From an uncultured Dehalococcoides sp. (lineage in GTDB: Bacteria; Chloroflexota; Dehalococcoidia; UBA2979), in contig CAZVNJ010000011.1 in assembly GCA_964628985.1 (NCBI GenBank), positions 2,672-66,671 on the forward strand: a stretch of DNA of 64,000 nucleotides, given 5' to 3'. Of this stretch, positions 47,643-56,992 are shown piece after piece (position 1 is the first letter of the stretch; every line of letters starts with the position of its first letter). A model generated the notes under the pieces. It did not search any database. It was given only the letters and a program-made list of their open reading frames with translations, and had not been told where the DNA came from. The position numbers and the translations under genes are program-made.

Positions 47643-48503
47643 ATGCCCTCCAAGCGCGGCGAGCCGCCCGAGCCGCTCCCCGGCATCATCGACTCCCACG
47701 CCCATGTCTCCTGGTCGCGCGAGTTCGAGGAGGACCGGGCCGCCGTCCTCGATCGGGCGTGGGCGGCTGGCCTCGCCCGCATCGTCGAGGTGGGGGTCAG
47801 CCTGCGAACCACCCTGCTCGCGAAGGCGGCAGCCGAGGCTGACCCGCGCTTCATCGCTGTCGGCGGCATCCATCCTCACGAGGCAAACCGCTTGCCGTCC
47901 GACGGCGCAGCCTTCCGGGCGGCGATCGAGGTCGGCGGTTACGCCGCGCTCGGAGAGATCGGCCTCGACTTCTTCCACAAGCACTCGACACCGGAGGAGC
48001 AGTACGAGGCGCTCGCCTGGCAACTCGACCTCGCCCTGGAGGTGAAGTTGCCGGTGATGATCCACGCGCGCGAGGCGGACGAGGAGTGCTTCGCGATCCT
48101 CGCTGCCTGGTCGGAGCGTGCCGGGGCGGTCTTGGACATGACGCGACCGGTCGGGATGATGCACTGCTTCTCGGGGGACCTCGAACTCGCCCACCGGTAC
48201 ATCGATATCGGGTTCCTGATCTCGGTGCCGGGGACCGTCACTTTCAAGGGGAACGACCGCGGGCAGGCAGTGGCGAACGGAATCCCCCTGACCTCTATGC
48301 TGGTGGAGACGGACTGTCCGTACCTGACTCCTGCGCCGCATCGAGGGCTGCGAAACGAGCCAGCGTACGTGGTGGAGACCGCACGTTTCGTCGCCGGCCT
48401 TCGAGGAGTAAGCCCGGAGGAAGTGGCGCGAGTCACCTCGCAGAACGCGGCGCGCTTTTTTGGGTTCGAGGCCCCTCGGGGGGCAGCAGCAGGGGCGGCA
48501 TGA
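47643..48503 (+). CDS. TatD family metal-dependent hydrolase
   Basis: ATG 47643 is in frame in ORF 46761-48503. It has N-terminal IDSHAHV and later HCFSG and ETDCPYL motifs. Confidence 0.88.
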   Translation: MPSKRGEPPEPLPGIIDSHAHVSWSREFEEDRAAVLDRAWAAGLARIVEVGVSLRTTLLAKAAAEADPRFIAVGGIHPHEANRLPSDGAAFRAAIEVGGYAALGEIGLDFFHKHSTPEEQYEALAWQLDLALEVKLPVMIHAREADEECFAILAAWSERAGAVLDMTRPVGMMHCFSGDLELAHRYIDIGFLISVPGTVTFKGNDRGQAVANGIPLTSMLVETDCPYLTPAPHRGLRNEPAYVVETARFVAGLRGVSPEEVARVTSQNAARFFGFEAPRGAAAGAA

Positions 48504-49501
48504 CCATGACCAGCGGCACCTCGCCGGCCTCGGCGGAAGCAGCGCGCCTCTACGGGCCAGTGGCGGGCGACCTCCACCTGGTAAACGAGCAGATCCAGTC
48601 GATCGCGCAGAACGTCGGCTTCGAGTTCCTCCAGCGCATGCTCGAGACGGCGCTCGCAGGCAGCGGCAAGATGATGCGGCCGGCGATCGCGCTGCTCGCC
48701 GGGCGACTCGGGACGTACGACCTCGGACGGCTGGTGCCGCTGGCGGCGAGCGTCGAACTGCTGCACACGGCAACACTCGTGCACGACGACGTGATCGACC
48801 GCGCCGAGGAGCGCCGGGGCGAACCGACCCCGAATGCGCTCTTCGGGAACGCCGCCTCGGTCATGCTCGGCGACTACATGTTCGCGCACGCCGCAGACTT
48901 CATCGCCCAGACCGACAACACGCAGGTGGTGCGCGTCTTCGCGAAGACCCTGATGACCATCGCCAAGGGCGAACTGACGCAGGACATCACGGTCTTCGAG
49001 TACTCCGAGGACGTGCAGCGCTACCTCGACCGCATCATCGGAAAGACCGCCTCGCTCTTCGGGACGGCGGCCGAGGGCGGCGCGATGGTCGGTGGGATCG
49101 CCGCAGAGCAGGTGGAGGCGATGCGCCTCTACGGACTGCGCCTCGGCATCGCCTTCCAGATCGTGGACGACATCCTCGACTTCACCGGGAACCCCGAGGT
49201 GATGGGGAAACCGGCCGGGTCGGACCTGCAGGGCGGGACGCTCACGCTGCCCGCCATCCTCTACATGCAGCGGAAACCCGACGACAACCCAATCAAGAAG
49301 GCATTCGAAGGCGTCCGCCGCAAGGCGAACCTGGACCGCGCCATCCGTGAGATCCTCGGATCCGGGACTATCGATGAGTCGATGGCGGTCGCGCGGCAGT
49401 TCGGCGAGGAGGCGCGCCAGGCGCTGGGAGCCCTCCCGGCCGGACCATCCCGCACCACGCTGGACGGTCTGATCGACTATGTGATGACGCGCCGCTCCTA
49501 G
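48500..49501 (+). CDS. Polyprenyl diphosphate synthase (long-chain trans-prenyltransferase)
   Basis: ATG 48500 overlaps the tatD TGA. Two aspartate-rich motifs are present: LVHDDVIDRAEERRG and FQIVDDILDF. Confidence 0.9.
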   Translation: MTMTSGTSPASAEAARLYGPVAGDLHLVNEQIQSIAQNVGFEFLQRMLETALAGSGKMMRPAIALLAGRLGTYDLGRLVPLAASVELLHTATLVHDDVIDRAEERRGEPTPNALFGNAASVMLGDYMFAHAADFIAQTDNTQVVRVFAKTLMTIAKGELTQDITVFEYSEDVQRYLDRIIGKTASLFGTAAEGGAMVGGIAAEQVEAMRLYGLRLGIAFQIVDDILDFTGNPEVMGKPAGSDLQGGTLTLPAILYMQRKPDDNPIKKAFEGVRRKANLDRAIREILGSGTIDESMAVARQFGEEARQALGALPAGPSRTTLDGLIDYVMTRRS

Positions 49502-49521
49502 CGGCAGAGATCGGATGCGGC

Positions 49522-50064
49522 ATGCACCCCTGGCACGACATCGAAATCGACGAAGCGCACATTGCCGACACGCTCCCGGTCGTCATCGAGATCCCCGAGG
49601 GAAGCAAGAACAAGTACGAGCTGGACAAGGCGAGCGGCCTGATCAAGCTGGACCGGGTCTTGCACAGCGCCGTGCGCTATCCGGCGAACTACGGCTTCAT
49701 CCCCCGCTCGTACTGTGACGACGGGGACCCGCTCGACGTGATCGTGCTCGGGCAGGAGGCGGTGCCGCCTCTGACCCTCGTCTACGCGCGCCCGGTGGGC
49801 GTCATGCACATGCGTGACCAGGGGAAGGCGGACGACAAGGTGCTCGCCGTGAGCACGTTCGACCCCGTCTACAACCACATCCACGAACTGGAAGATGTCC
49901 CGGCGCACATCATGCTTGAGATCACCAGATTCTTCCTGGACTACAAGGTCCTCGAGGAGAAGGAAGTGATCGTCGACCCGTTCGCGGGACGCCAACGGGC
50001 GCTGGCGGTGATCGCGCAGTCGCTGGTCGACTACCGGAACCTAATGGCCCATTCGGCGCCGTAG
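49522..50064 (+). CDS. ppa: Inorganic pyrophosphatase (family I)
   Basis: 180-aa ORF with family I PPase motifs: IEIPEGSKNKYE, YGFIPRSYCDDGDPLDV and KVLAV. Confidence 0.95.
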   Translation: MHPWHDIEIDEAHIADTLPVVIEIPEGSKNKYELDKASGLIKLDRVLHSAVRYPANYGFIPRSYCDDGDPLDVIVLGQEAVPPLTLVYARPVGVMHMRDQGKADDKVLAVSTFDPVYNHIHELEDVPAHIMLEITRFFLDYKVLEEKEVIVDPFAGRQRALAVIAQSLVDYRNLMAHSAP

Positions 50065-50088
50065 CCTGTCGCGTCGGTGACCCGCGCG

Positions 50089-50901
50089 CTATTCGGCGTC
50101 GGTGCCTTCCGGCTGGCCGGCGTGCTCTTCCGCGACACGGGCGTGGCGGGCTGCGCTGACGAAGGCTGCGCTCTTAAGTTCGCGCTCGGCGACCGCGCGC
50201 ATCAGTGCGTGCATGATCTGCTCCAGGCGCGCCGCGAGGTCGTCCGTGAGGCGGATGCGCCCCGCCTCCTCGTAGGGCTGAGCCTGGTAGGCGCGCAGGA
50301 CCCGGAGCGCAGTCGGGTCGATCGGGGCCGCGTCCGGGTACTTTGCCGCGCACTCCGGTCCAATGACGCCGCCCTCGACTGCAGACCAGCGCGCCTGGTC
50401 CGCGGCGACATCCAGGGCGCAGCCGAGGCAGCGCGTCCATTCCGGCCGGAAGCCGGTGGCTTCCAGCAGCGCGAGCTCGTAGGTGCGTGTGACTACCTGC
50501 TGGCCGTCACCTCGGTCGAGCCGGGCCAGCGCAGCCTGTAGCAACCCGAATAGCCCCGTGGCGTCCGCGTGCTCCACCGTGAAGCGGTCAGCCAGTTCGG
50601 CGAGATAGAGGCCCGCCGAGAGGCGATCTAGATCCTCTCGGAGCCCCGGGTACGACTCGACAGCCTGTGCCTGCGTTACGACGTCCATCGAGCGTCCCTG
50701 CGCGAGCACCACCTCGACATGGGTGAGCGGCTCGAGGTGCCCCGCCATCTTGCTCCGAGGCCGGAGCACGCCTTTGGCGACGACATCCACCTTGCCCCGC
50801 AGTGGCGTAAGGAGGCTGACGATGCGATCCGCGTCGCCCAGTCGTCGCTGGCGGATCACGATCGCCTCGGTCTTGGTGACGCGAGGGGCGCGTCCGGGCA
50901 T
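50089..50901 (-). CDS. recO: DNA repair protein RecO
   Basis: 270-aa ORF with an N-terminal OB-fold pattern (TEAIVIRQRRLGDADRIVSLLT...GKVDVVAKG) and a central C-x-x-C zinc region. Confidence 0.88.
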   Translation of the reverse strand: MPGRAPRVTKTEAIVIRQRRLGDADRIVSLLTPLRGKVDVVAKGVLRPRSKMAGHLEPLTHVEVVLAQGRSMDVVTQAQAVESYPGLREDLDRLSAGLYLAELADRFTVEHADATGLFGLLQAALARLDRGDGQQVVTRTYELALLEATGFRPEWTRCLGCALDVAADQARWSAVEGGVIGPECAAKYPDAAPIDPTALRVLRAYQAQPYEEAGRIRLTDDLAARLEQIMHALMRAVAERELKSAAFVSAARHARVAEEHAGQPEGTDAE

Positions 50902-50922
50902 CGTCTGAGGCCTGCGCTGCCG

Positions 50923-51126
50923 TCAGCGCTTCTGACGGCCGCCGGGCAGCCGCTGCTCGACGGCAGCCAGGGCGCCAAAGGTCAACGAGAGGATCACGCA
51001 GACACCGATCGTGTAAGCCGGGGTCTCAGTCAGGTTCCCCCTGAAGAATGCGGCAGTCATGAACATGATGAAGAACACGATGGCCCAGCGAAACCAGCGC
51101 GGGAGGCGACCGCCCGCTTCGATCAT
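50923..51126 (-). CDS. Small hypothetical membrane protein (67 aa) between recR and recO
   Basis: The internal ATG 51126 lies just downstream of the recR stop. The longer form starting at 51219 would overlap recR by 83 nt. There are two hydrophobic helices (WAIVFFIMFMTAAFF and IGVCVILSLTFGALAAV). Confidence 0.4.
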   Translation of the reverse strand: MIEAGGRLPRWFRWAIVFFIMFMTAAFFRGNLTETPAYTIGVCVILSLTFGALAAVEQRLPGGRQKR

Positions 51127-51136
51127 GTCTCGCACC

Positions 51137-51763
51137 CTAGACCTCCTGCCGGAACTCGAGCGCGCGCCCGAGCGTGACGTCATCAGCGTATTCGAGGTCG
51201 GCACCCGCTGGGAGGCCACGCGCGAGACGCGTGACGCGGATGCCGAGGGGACGGAGCAGCCGTCCGAGGTACATCGAGGTCGCCTCGCCCTCGAGGTTTG
51301 GGTTCGTCGCGACGATCACTTCGGTGATGTCGCGGTCGACATCGCGGATGCGGGCAAGGAGTTCGGCGATCTTCAGGTCTTCGGGGCCAACCCCGTCCGC
51401 CGGCGAGATGACGCCGTGCAGGACGTGGTAGAGCCCGTGGAATCCTCCCGTGCGCTCGATCGCGACCACATCCAGGGGTTCTTCGACGACGCAGATGATG
51501 GTGCGGTCGCGGCCCGTGTCGGCACAGATGCGACACGGATCCTCGGTGGTCACGTTCTGGCAGCGCCCGCAGAGCACGACAGATCGCTTGACCTCCATGA
51601 GGGCCTCGGCGAGGTCACGGGCATCTTCCTCGGAGGCACGCAGGATGTGATATGCGAGACGCTGAGCGCTCTTTGGGCCGATGCCGGGGAGGCGGTGGAA
51701 GGCATCGACGAGCCGCGCGATGGGCGTCGCGCTGCCGCCCGAGGGGTCGCGGAAGTCATTCAC
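51137..51763 (-). CDS. recR: Recombination protein RecR
   Basis: It has N-terminal HhH (LPGIGPKSAQRLA), a C4 zinc finger (CGRCQN...CRIC) and a Toprim region. The start overlaps the dnaX stop by 8 nt. Confidence 0.95.
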   Translation of the reverse strand: MNDFRDPSGGSATPIARLVDAFHRLPGIGPKSAQRLAYHILRASEEDARDLAEALMEVKRSVVLCGRCQNVTTEDPCRICADTGRDRTIICVVEEPLDVVAIERTGGFHGLYHVLHGVISPADGVGPEDLKIAELLARIRDVDRDITEVIVATNPNLEGEATSMYLGRLLRPLGIRVTRLARGLPAGADLEYADDVTLGRALEFRQEV

Positions 51764-53444
51764 TGATCGGCTCCGCGCCCTGCTTCAGCGCCTCCTCCAC
51801 GAGGTGGCTGCGCGCGGGCCGCGCCGTGGGCACATTCCCCGTATTCCCGAGTTCGGCCCATAGCACCACGCTCACCTGCACGGGGTGTCCCAGCGCCTCG
51901 GTGATGGCCGCCGTGAGCGTCTGCAGGACCCTGCCGCCGTCCTGGTCGCGCGCCTTGTCGACGTGCTGCTGAAAGGCGATGCCGACCTCCACGCGCTGGC
52001 CATCCGCCGACTTCGGATAGGCGATGGCGAAGAGCGCCCCCACAGGCCTCGAGTAGGCTCGCATGGCCTCCTGCACCTGGCTCCACCGCTCGCGGAGGGC
52101 CATCAGGTCGGCGGTAGCCTCCCCCCCGCCGGTCGGCGCGAACTCGCGCACTGGGGCAGCAGGCTGTGTCGGCGTGGCCGGAGCCGGCGGCGCGGTCTGT
52201 GCGGGCGCAGGACGAGTCGCCGCCGGCTTGGAAGAAGGGCGCGGCGCTGGGGCGCTCCGAGGCGGCGCGGGGGCCCGAGGCGCCTCAGCCGCCGAGGCGG
52301 CCGTCGCGCGGGATGCAACCGCTCGGGCTGGTGAGGGTGACGGGGCCGCGGGTGCGGCCGGCACCGCGGCGGTCGAGGTGCACAGCGTGGCGAACGCGAT
52401 TTCAGCCGGGAGCGAGTCGTACGCATCGCCCGCGAAGTCGACGGCAGAGAGCCCCTCGAGGGCTGCCACGATCTCGCCGATGTCCGCGTCGTCGGCAATC
52501 GCGTCCACCTCAGCGGCCTGTGCGTCGGCGAGCCCGAGGCGGTCGCCGGCCCCGGCCTTGACCATCAGCAGGCTGCGCAGCACCGCCACCGCCTCGCGCA
52601 GGAACGCGCGCACCTCCACGCCGTCATCGCGGGCCGCGGCGAGTAGTGCCAGACCGCCCCGCAGATCGTGCGTCACGGCCGCCCGCGCGAGGGCCGCGGC
52701 GCGGTCGTCGACAATGAGGCCGAGCCCGGCGCGCACGTCGTCCAGGGTCAGCGTCTTGCCATGGAAGGCGACGAGTTGGTCGAGCAGATTGACGGCGTCG
52801 CGGAGCGATCCGGTTGCCTGCCGCGCGATTAGCTCATATCCGCCAGGGGCGACCGTCAGCCCCTCGCCCTGCCCGATCGTCTCCAGGCGCTGGACTGCCG
52901 CAGTCACCGAGATACGACGCAGGTCGAAGCGCTGACAGCGCGAGAGGATGGTCGCCGGGATGCGGTTCGCCTCGGTGGTGGCAAGGATGAAGATGACGTG
53001 TGGAGGGGGCTCTTCGAGCGTCTTCAGCAGCGCATTGAACGCCGCGTCCGTCAGCATGTGCACCTCGTCGATGAGGTAGACCTTGTAGCGGCCCGCCGCC
53101 GGCGCGTATCCCGTGCCCTCGCGGAGGTCGCGGATCTCATCGATGCCACGGTTGGAGGCCGCGTCGAGCTCGATCAGGTCGATCGCGCGGCCCTCGTTGT
53201 AGGAGATGCACGACGGGCATTCCTCGCAGGGCTCCCCGGCCAGCGGGTTGGTGCAGTTGACCGCCTTCGCCAGGATGCGGCCGGTGGTGGTCTTACCCGT
53301 CCCTCGCGGCCCGCAGAACAAATAGGCGTGCGCAGGCGTCCCGGCGGCCACGGCATTACGCATTGTGGTCGTGACGGGATCCTGGCCGGCGACGTCGGCA
53401 AACCGACGCGGCCGCCACTTCCGGTAGAGGACTTCCTGGGCCAC
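51756..53444 (-). CDS. dnaX: DNA polymerase III subunit gamma/tau
   Basis: GTG start. Motifs are YRKWRPRRF, Walker A GPRGTGKTT, a zinc module C-x-x-C...C-x-x-C, and an SRC-type box. An Ala/Pro-rich linker and a C-terminal domain follow. Confidence 0.93.
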   Translation of the reverse strand: MAQEVLYRKWRPRRFADVAGQDPVTTTMRNAVAAGTPAHAYLFCGPRGTGKTTTGRILAKAVNCTNPLAGEPCEECPSCISYNEGRAIDLIELDAASNRGIDEIRDLREGTGYAPAAGRYKVYLIDEVHMLTDAAFNALLKTLEEPPPHVIFILATTEANRIPATILSRCQRFDLRRISVTAAVQRLETIGQGEGLTVAPGGYELIARQATGSLRDAVNLLDQLVAFHGKTLTLDDVRAGLGLIVDDRAAALARAAVTHDLRGGLALLAAARDDGVEVRAFLREAVAVLRSLLMVKAGAGDRLGLADAQAAEVDAIADDADIGEIVAALEGLSAVDFAGDAYDSLPAEIAFATLCTSTAAVPAAPAAPSPSPARAVASRATAASAAEAPRAPAPPRSAPAPRPSSKPAATRPAPAQTAPPAPATPTQPAAPVREFAPTGGGEATADLMALRERWSQVQEAMRAYSRPVGALFAIAYPKSADGQRVEVGIAFQQHVDKARDQDGGRVLQTLTAAITEALGHPVQVSVVLWAELGNTGNVPTARPARSHLVEEALKQGAEPISE

Positions 53445-53532
53445 TGGAGGGCTCCCACGGCACGGAGGGGAGTTCCGTACGCCGAAGGGCGAGTGTACCA
53501 GCGGCCCTCGGAGGGGTCAGGCTGAGCCGACG

Positions 53533-54045
53533 CTAGTCGGTATGTGCGGGGGCCCCGCGGCGGGACCGACCGTGGATGTGCGCCCCGAGGCGGCGCTCCT
53601 CGCGCTCCTCCATGTCACGGGCCTCGTCGGCGGTTTCATGGTCGTACCCGAGCAGGTGGAGGACGCCGTGCAGGACGATGTGTTGCACCTCTTCGTCGAG
53701 AGTGATCCGGGCAGCCTTTGCCTGGCGGGCCGCCGTCTCCAGCGAGATCGCGATGTCCCCGAGATAGCGGCCCTCTTCGTCCTCGAAGCCCTCCGGGACA
53801 GGCACGGCCTCACCCTCGTCGTAAGGAAACGAGAGGACGTCGGTGGGAGCGTCGACGCCACGGTGCTCGAGGTTCAAGGTGTGGAGGAATTCGTCCCCAG
53901 CGATGCGGAGTGCCAGGGCGGTGCCGGCGGGCTGGTCCTCATCGCGCAGCACCTCGCGCACGAGCCGCCGCAGCGCTACGAGGTCAACCAGCCCGCGCTG
54001 GGGTGACGCGACGCGGATGTCCAGCGGGTATCGGGCGGCAGGCAC
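53533..54045 (-). CDS. ybeY: rRNA maturation endoribonuclease YbeY
   Basis: The metal-binding motif HGVLHLLGYDH is present. 170 aa. Confidence 0.9.
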   Translation of the reverse strand: MPAARYPLDIRVASPQRGLVDLVALRRLVREVLRDEDQPAGTALALRIAGDEFLHTLNLEHRGVDAPTDVLSFPYDEGEAVPVPEGFEDEEGRYLGDIAISLETAARQAKAARITLDEEVQHIVLHGVLHLLGYDHETADEARDMEEREERRLGAHIHGRSRRGAPAHTD

Positions 54046-54059
54046 GCCTCGGGCCTCGC

Positions 54060-55523
54060 CTACAGGAGCGCGGCGGCAGCGTCCTGCGCGGCGTTGATGA
54101 GCGGCGACGGGTCGACGCCGAAGAACAGCACACCCACGGCAGCCGCGGCGATCACGAACTGGACGCCACCCGAGGCGCGCAACTGCGTCGTCTCCTTGGG
54201 CTCATCGAGAAGCATCGTACGCACCCACCGCAGGTAGTAGAAGGCGGAAATCGCCGTGTTCAGGACAGCGAGGGCGACGAGGGCGAGCAGCCAGCGCTCA
54301 CCCGCCTGCACCGCCGAGTTGAACACATAGACCTTCGCGATAAAGCCCGCCGTGGGCGGGATCCCGGTCAGCGAGACGAGGCAAAGCGAGAGCACGACCG
54401 CCGCCACCGGCGAACGCTTCACGAGGCCAGCGAAGTCCTCGATCTGCTCGGAGCCGAGGCGGTCGGAGACGAAGCTCACCACGACGAAGGCGCCCACGTT
54501 TGTGGCGGCGTAGGTGCCAAGGAAGAACAGGACCGCGCTCGGACCCGCCGTGCTACCCGCGGCGACTGCCGCGAGGCCGACGGCGATGTTCCCGGCCTGC
54601 GCAATCGAGGAGTAGCCGAGCAGCCGCTTGGCATTCGTCTGGAGGAGGGCGCCGGTGTTACCTACGATCATCGAGAGCGCGGCCAGTGCGCCGAACATCA
54701 TGGCCCAGTCCTGCGCGATGATCGTGTCCCCGCCGCCGAGGCCCGTGTAGAAGAGCCGCAGCGCGACCGCGAAGCCCGCCGCCTTCGAGGCGACCGAGAG
54801 GAAGGTTGCTACGAGCGTCGGAGCGCCCTCGTAGACATCGGGCGCCCAGGCATGCGACGGCGCCATCGCCATCTTGAAGCCGATGCCGACGGCGACCAGG
54901 ACGAACGCCAGCATGAGCGGCAGCCGCTGCGCCTCCGGGCCGGTCGCGACCCACGCCGCGATGCCGTCGAGCGAGGTCGTCCCTGCCATGCCGAACAGGA
55001 AGGCAAAGCCGTAGAGGAGGATGGCGGCTGCCACCGCCCCGGTCAGGAGATATTTCAGTCCGGCCTCGGAGGAGCGGTCGTTCCGCGTGACACCGGCGAG
55101 GATGAACTGCGAGATGGAGGCGGTCTCCAGCGCGACGAAGATGGTGATCAGATCGTTCGCCTGCGCGAGCAGCATCATCGAGCCCGCGGAGACCAGCAGA
55201 AGCGCATAGAACTCGGCCGCTTGATCGATGGTGGCCGCCCATTCGCGCGCCGCCAGGGCCACCGCCAGCAACACGGCGCCGATGAGGAACCCGAGGTAGA
55301 TCGAGAAGGCGTCCACACGTACTGCGCCACCAAGCGCGCCTGCCTCAGCACCCAGCACGGCGTGCGTCAGCGTCCAAACCAGAGCAATCAGCGCAGCGAA
55401 GACAGTGATACCCCAGATGGTGGCACGGCGGCCGCGCAGCAGGTCAGCGCCCAGGACGGCGCCCGCGCCGGCGTAACAGACCAGGGCAGGCCCGATGGCG
55501 TGAAGGTGGTCGAAGAAGGTCAC
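54060..55523 (-). CDS. nuoN: NADH-quinone oxidoreductase subunit N
   Basis: 487-aa polytopic antiporter-like subunit, last in the nuo string. Its start overlaps the nuoM stop by 4 nt. Confidence 0.9.
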   Translation of the reverse strand: MTFFDHLHAIGPALVCYAGAGAVLGADLLRGRRATIWGITVFAALIALVWTLTHAVLGAEAGALGGAVRVDAFSIYLGFLIGAVLLAVALAAREWAATIDQAAEFYALLLVSAGSMMLLAQANDLITIFVALETASISQFILAGVTRNDRSSEAGLKYLLTGAVAAAILLYGFAFLFGMAGTTSLDGIAAWVATGPEAQRLPLMLAFVLVAVGIGFKMAMAPSHAWAPDVYEGAPTLVATFLSVASKAAGFAVALRLFYTGLGGGDTIIAQDWAMMFGALAALSMIVGNTGALLQTNAKRLLGYSSIAQAGNIAVGLAAVAAGSTAGPSAVLFFLGTYAATNVGAFVVVSFVSDRLGSEQIEDFAGLVKRSPVAAVVLSLCLVSLTGIPPTAGFIAKVYVFNSAVQAGERWLLALVALAVLNTAISAFYYLRWVRTMLLDEPKETTQLRASGGVQFVIAAAAVGVLFFGVDPSPLINAAQDAAAALL

Positions 55524-56992
55524 GAGGCCGCCTCGACAATCTGCGCAATCGGCTCAATGCCCAGGCGCACTGTGTCGGTAAGGACGGCGGGCCAGATGCC
55601 GACCCCGATGATCGCGACTACCAGCGCCGCCATCGCCGTCAGCTCCCACCACTGCCGGGCATCCGTCAGGTCATGGAAGTCGTGCGTCTTCGGCCCGTGC
55701 AGGATGCGCTCGACCGTCCACAGGATGTAGCCCGCGGAGAGCACGACGCCGAAGACGGCGGCCATGGTGGCAGCGGGGTGTGGACCGATGGAGCCGAGGA
55801 AGACGGTGATCTCCGCGACGAACCCGGACATCGCCGGGAGCCCAAGTGAGGCCAGCCCGGCGATGATGAACACCGTACCGATCAGTGGCATGTGGTGCAT
55901 CAGCCCTCGGAGTCGGGCGATCTCGCGAGTGTGGGTGCGGTCATAGATCATCCCGACCATCACGAAGAGCAGGCCGGTGATGCAGCCGTGGGTGAACATC
56001 TGCATGGCGGCGCCGGAGAGCCCGACCGGACCGAGGGCCGATACGCCAAGCAACACGTACCCCATGTGCGAAACCGATGAGTAGGCAACGAGTCGCTTCA
56101 GGTCGGTCTGCCGCAACGTGATCACGGCGCCCCAGATCACGGAGAAGCCGGCGATGGTCGCGATCACCTTCGAGAAGTCGTGGGCCTGGTCTGGCATCAG
56201 CGGAAGCACGATGCGCAGGATGCCGTAGCCGCCCATCTTGAGCAGGACACCCGCCAGCATGACCGACACGGCCGTGGGAGCGTCCGTGTGCGCGTCGGGC
56301 AGCCAGGTGTGGAGCGGGAAGACGGGCAACTTCACAAGGAAGGCCAGCATGATCGCCCAGAACACGATCGCCATCGGGACGATGGTCTCTTGCGGCGGCG
56401 TCTGCGTAAGGGTCGCGATGTCGAACGTGCCCGCTCCGAAGCCGATCACCATGAACCCGACGAGCATCAGCGCCGAGCCCGCCAGGGTGTAGAGCAGGAA
56501 CTTGGTCGCGCTGTAGAGGCGGCGGCCCGACCCCCACTGGCTGATCAGGAAGAACATGGGCAGCAGTTCCAGTTCCCAGAAGAGGAAGAACTGGATGAGG
56601 TCCAGCGAGATGAACACGCCCGCCACAGCCGACTCGAGGAAGAGCAGCCACGCGAAGTACTGTTTTGGCTTGACGTCGATGTTCCACGAGACGAGCACCG
56701 CGACCACCGAGAGCAACCCAAGCAGTACCACGAGCGGGGCCGAAAGGCCGTCCACACCGACGACGTACTGCACCGAGAAGCCGGTATCGGCAGCCTTGAT
56801 CCACTCGAAGCGGTCGACGAACTGATACCCCTCAACGCCGCGGTCGAAGACGACGTACATCACGATCGACACGGCAAAGGCCAGCGTGCTGAAGGCGAGC
56901 GCGATGACCTTCGCCTCGGACTGACGGTGGGCCGGCAGGGCGATCGCGAGAAGCGCCCCGGCAAGCGGCAGGAGGAGGAACAGCGTCAGCAT
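55520..56992 (-). CDS. nuoM: NADH-quinone oxidoreductase subunit M
   Basis: 490-aa antiporter-like subunit with the conserved HTWLPDAH segment. Overlaps the neighbouring genes. Confidence 0.92.
   Translation of the reverse strand: MLTLFLLLPLAGALLAIALPAHRQSEAKVIALAFSTLAFAVSIVMYVVFDRGVEGYQFVDRFEWIKAADTGFSVQYVVGVDGLSAPLVVLLGLLSVVAVLVSWNIDVKPKQYFAWLLFLESAVAGVFISLDLIQFFLFWELELLPMFFLISQWGSGRRLYSATKFLLYTLAGSALMLVGFMVIGFGAGTFDIATLTQTPPQETIVPMAIVFWAIMLAFLVKLPVFPLHTWLPDAHTDAPTAVSVMLAGVLLKMGGYGILRIVLPLMPDQAHDFSKVIATIAGFSVIWGAVITLRQTDLKRLVAYSSVSHMGYVLLGVSALGPVGLSGAAMQMFTHGCITGLLFVMVGMIYDRTHTREIARLRGLMHHMPLIGTVFIIAGLASLGLPAMSGFVAEITVFLGSIGPHPAATMAAVFGVVLSAGYILWTVERILHGPKTHDFHDLTDARQWWELTAMAALVVAIIGVGIWPAVLTDTVRLGIEPIAQIVEAAS

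Noticed and set aside
51756-53444. Programmed frameshift or transcriptional-slippage site in dnaX, which would produce the gamma subunit.
   Set aside because: I saw no A-rich slippery heptamer or homopolymeric A run in the gene, so a gamma-producing signal cannot be supported from the sequence.
53445-53532. Possible SRP (4.5S) RNA or other small RNA upstream of dnaX, as seen in some Firmicutes.
   Set aside because: The 88-nt gap lacks the conserved SRP domain IV elements (GGAA tetraloop context and AGCA/symmetric-loop motifs). It is more simply the dnaX promoter/leader.
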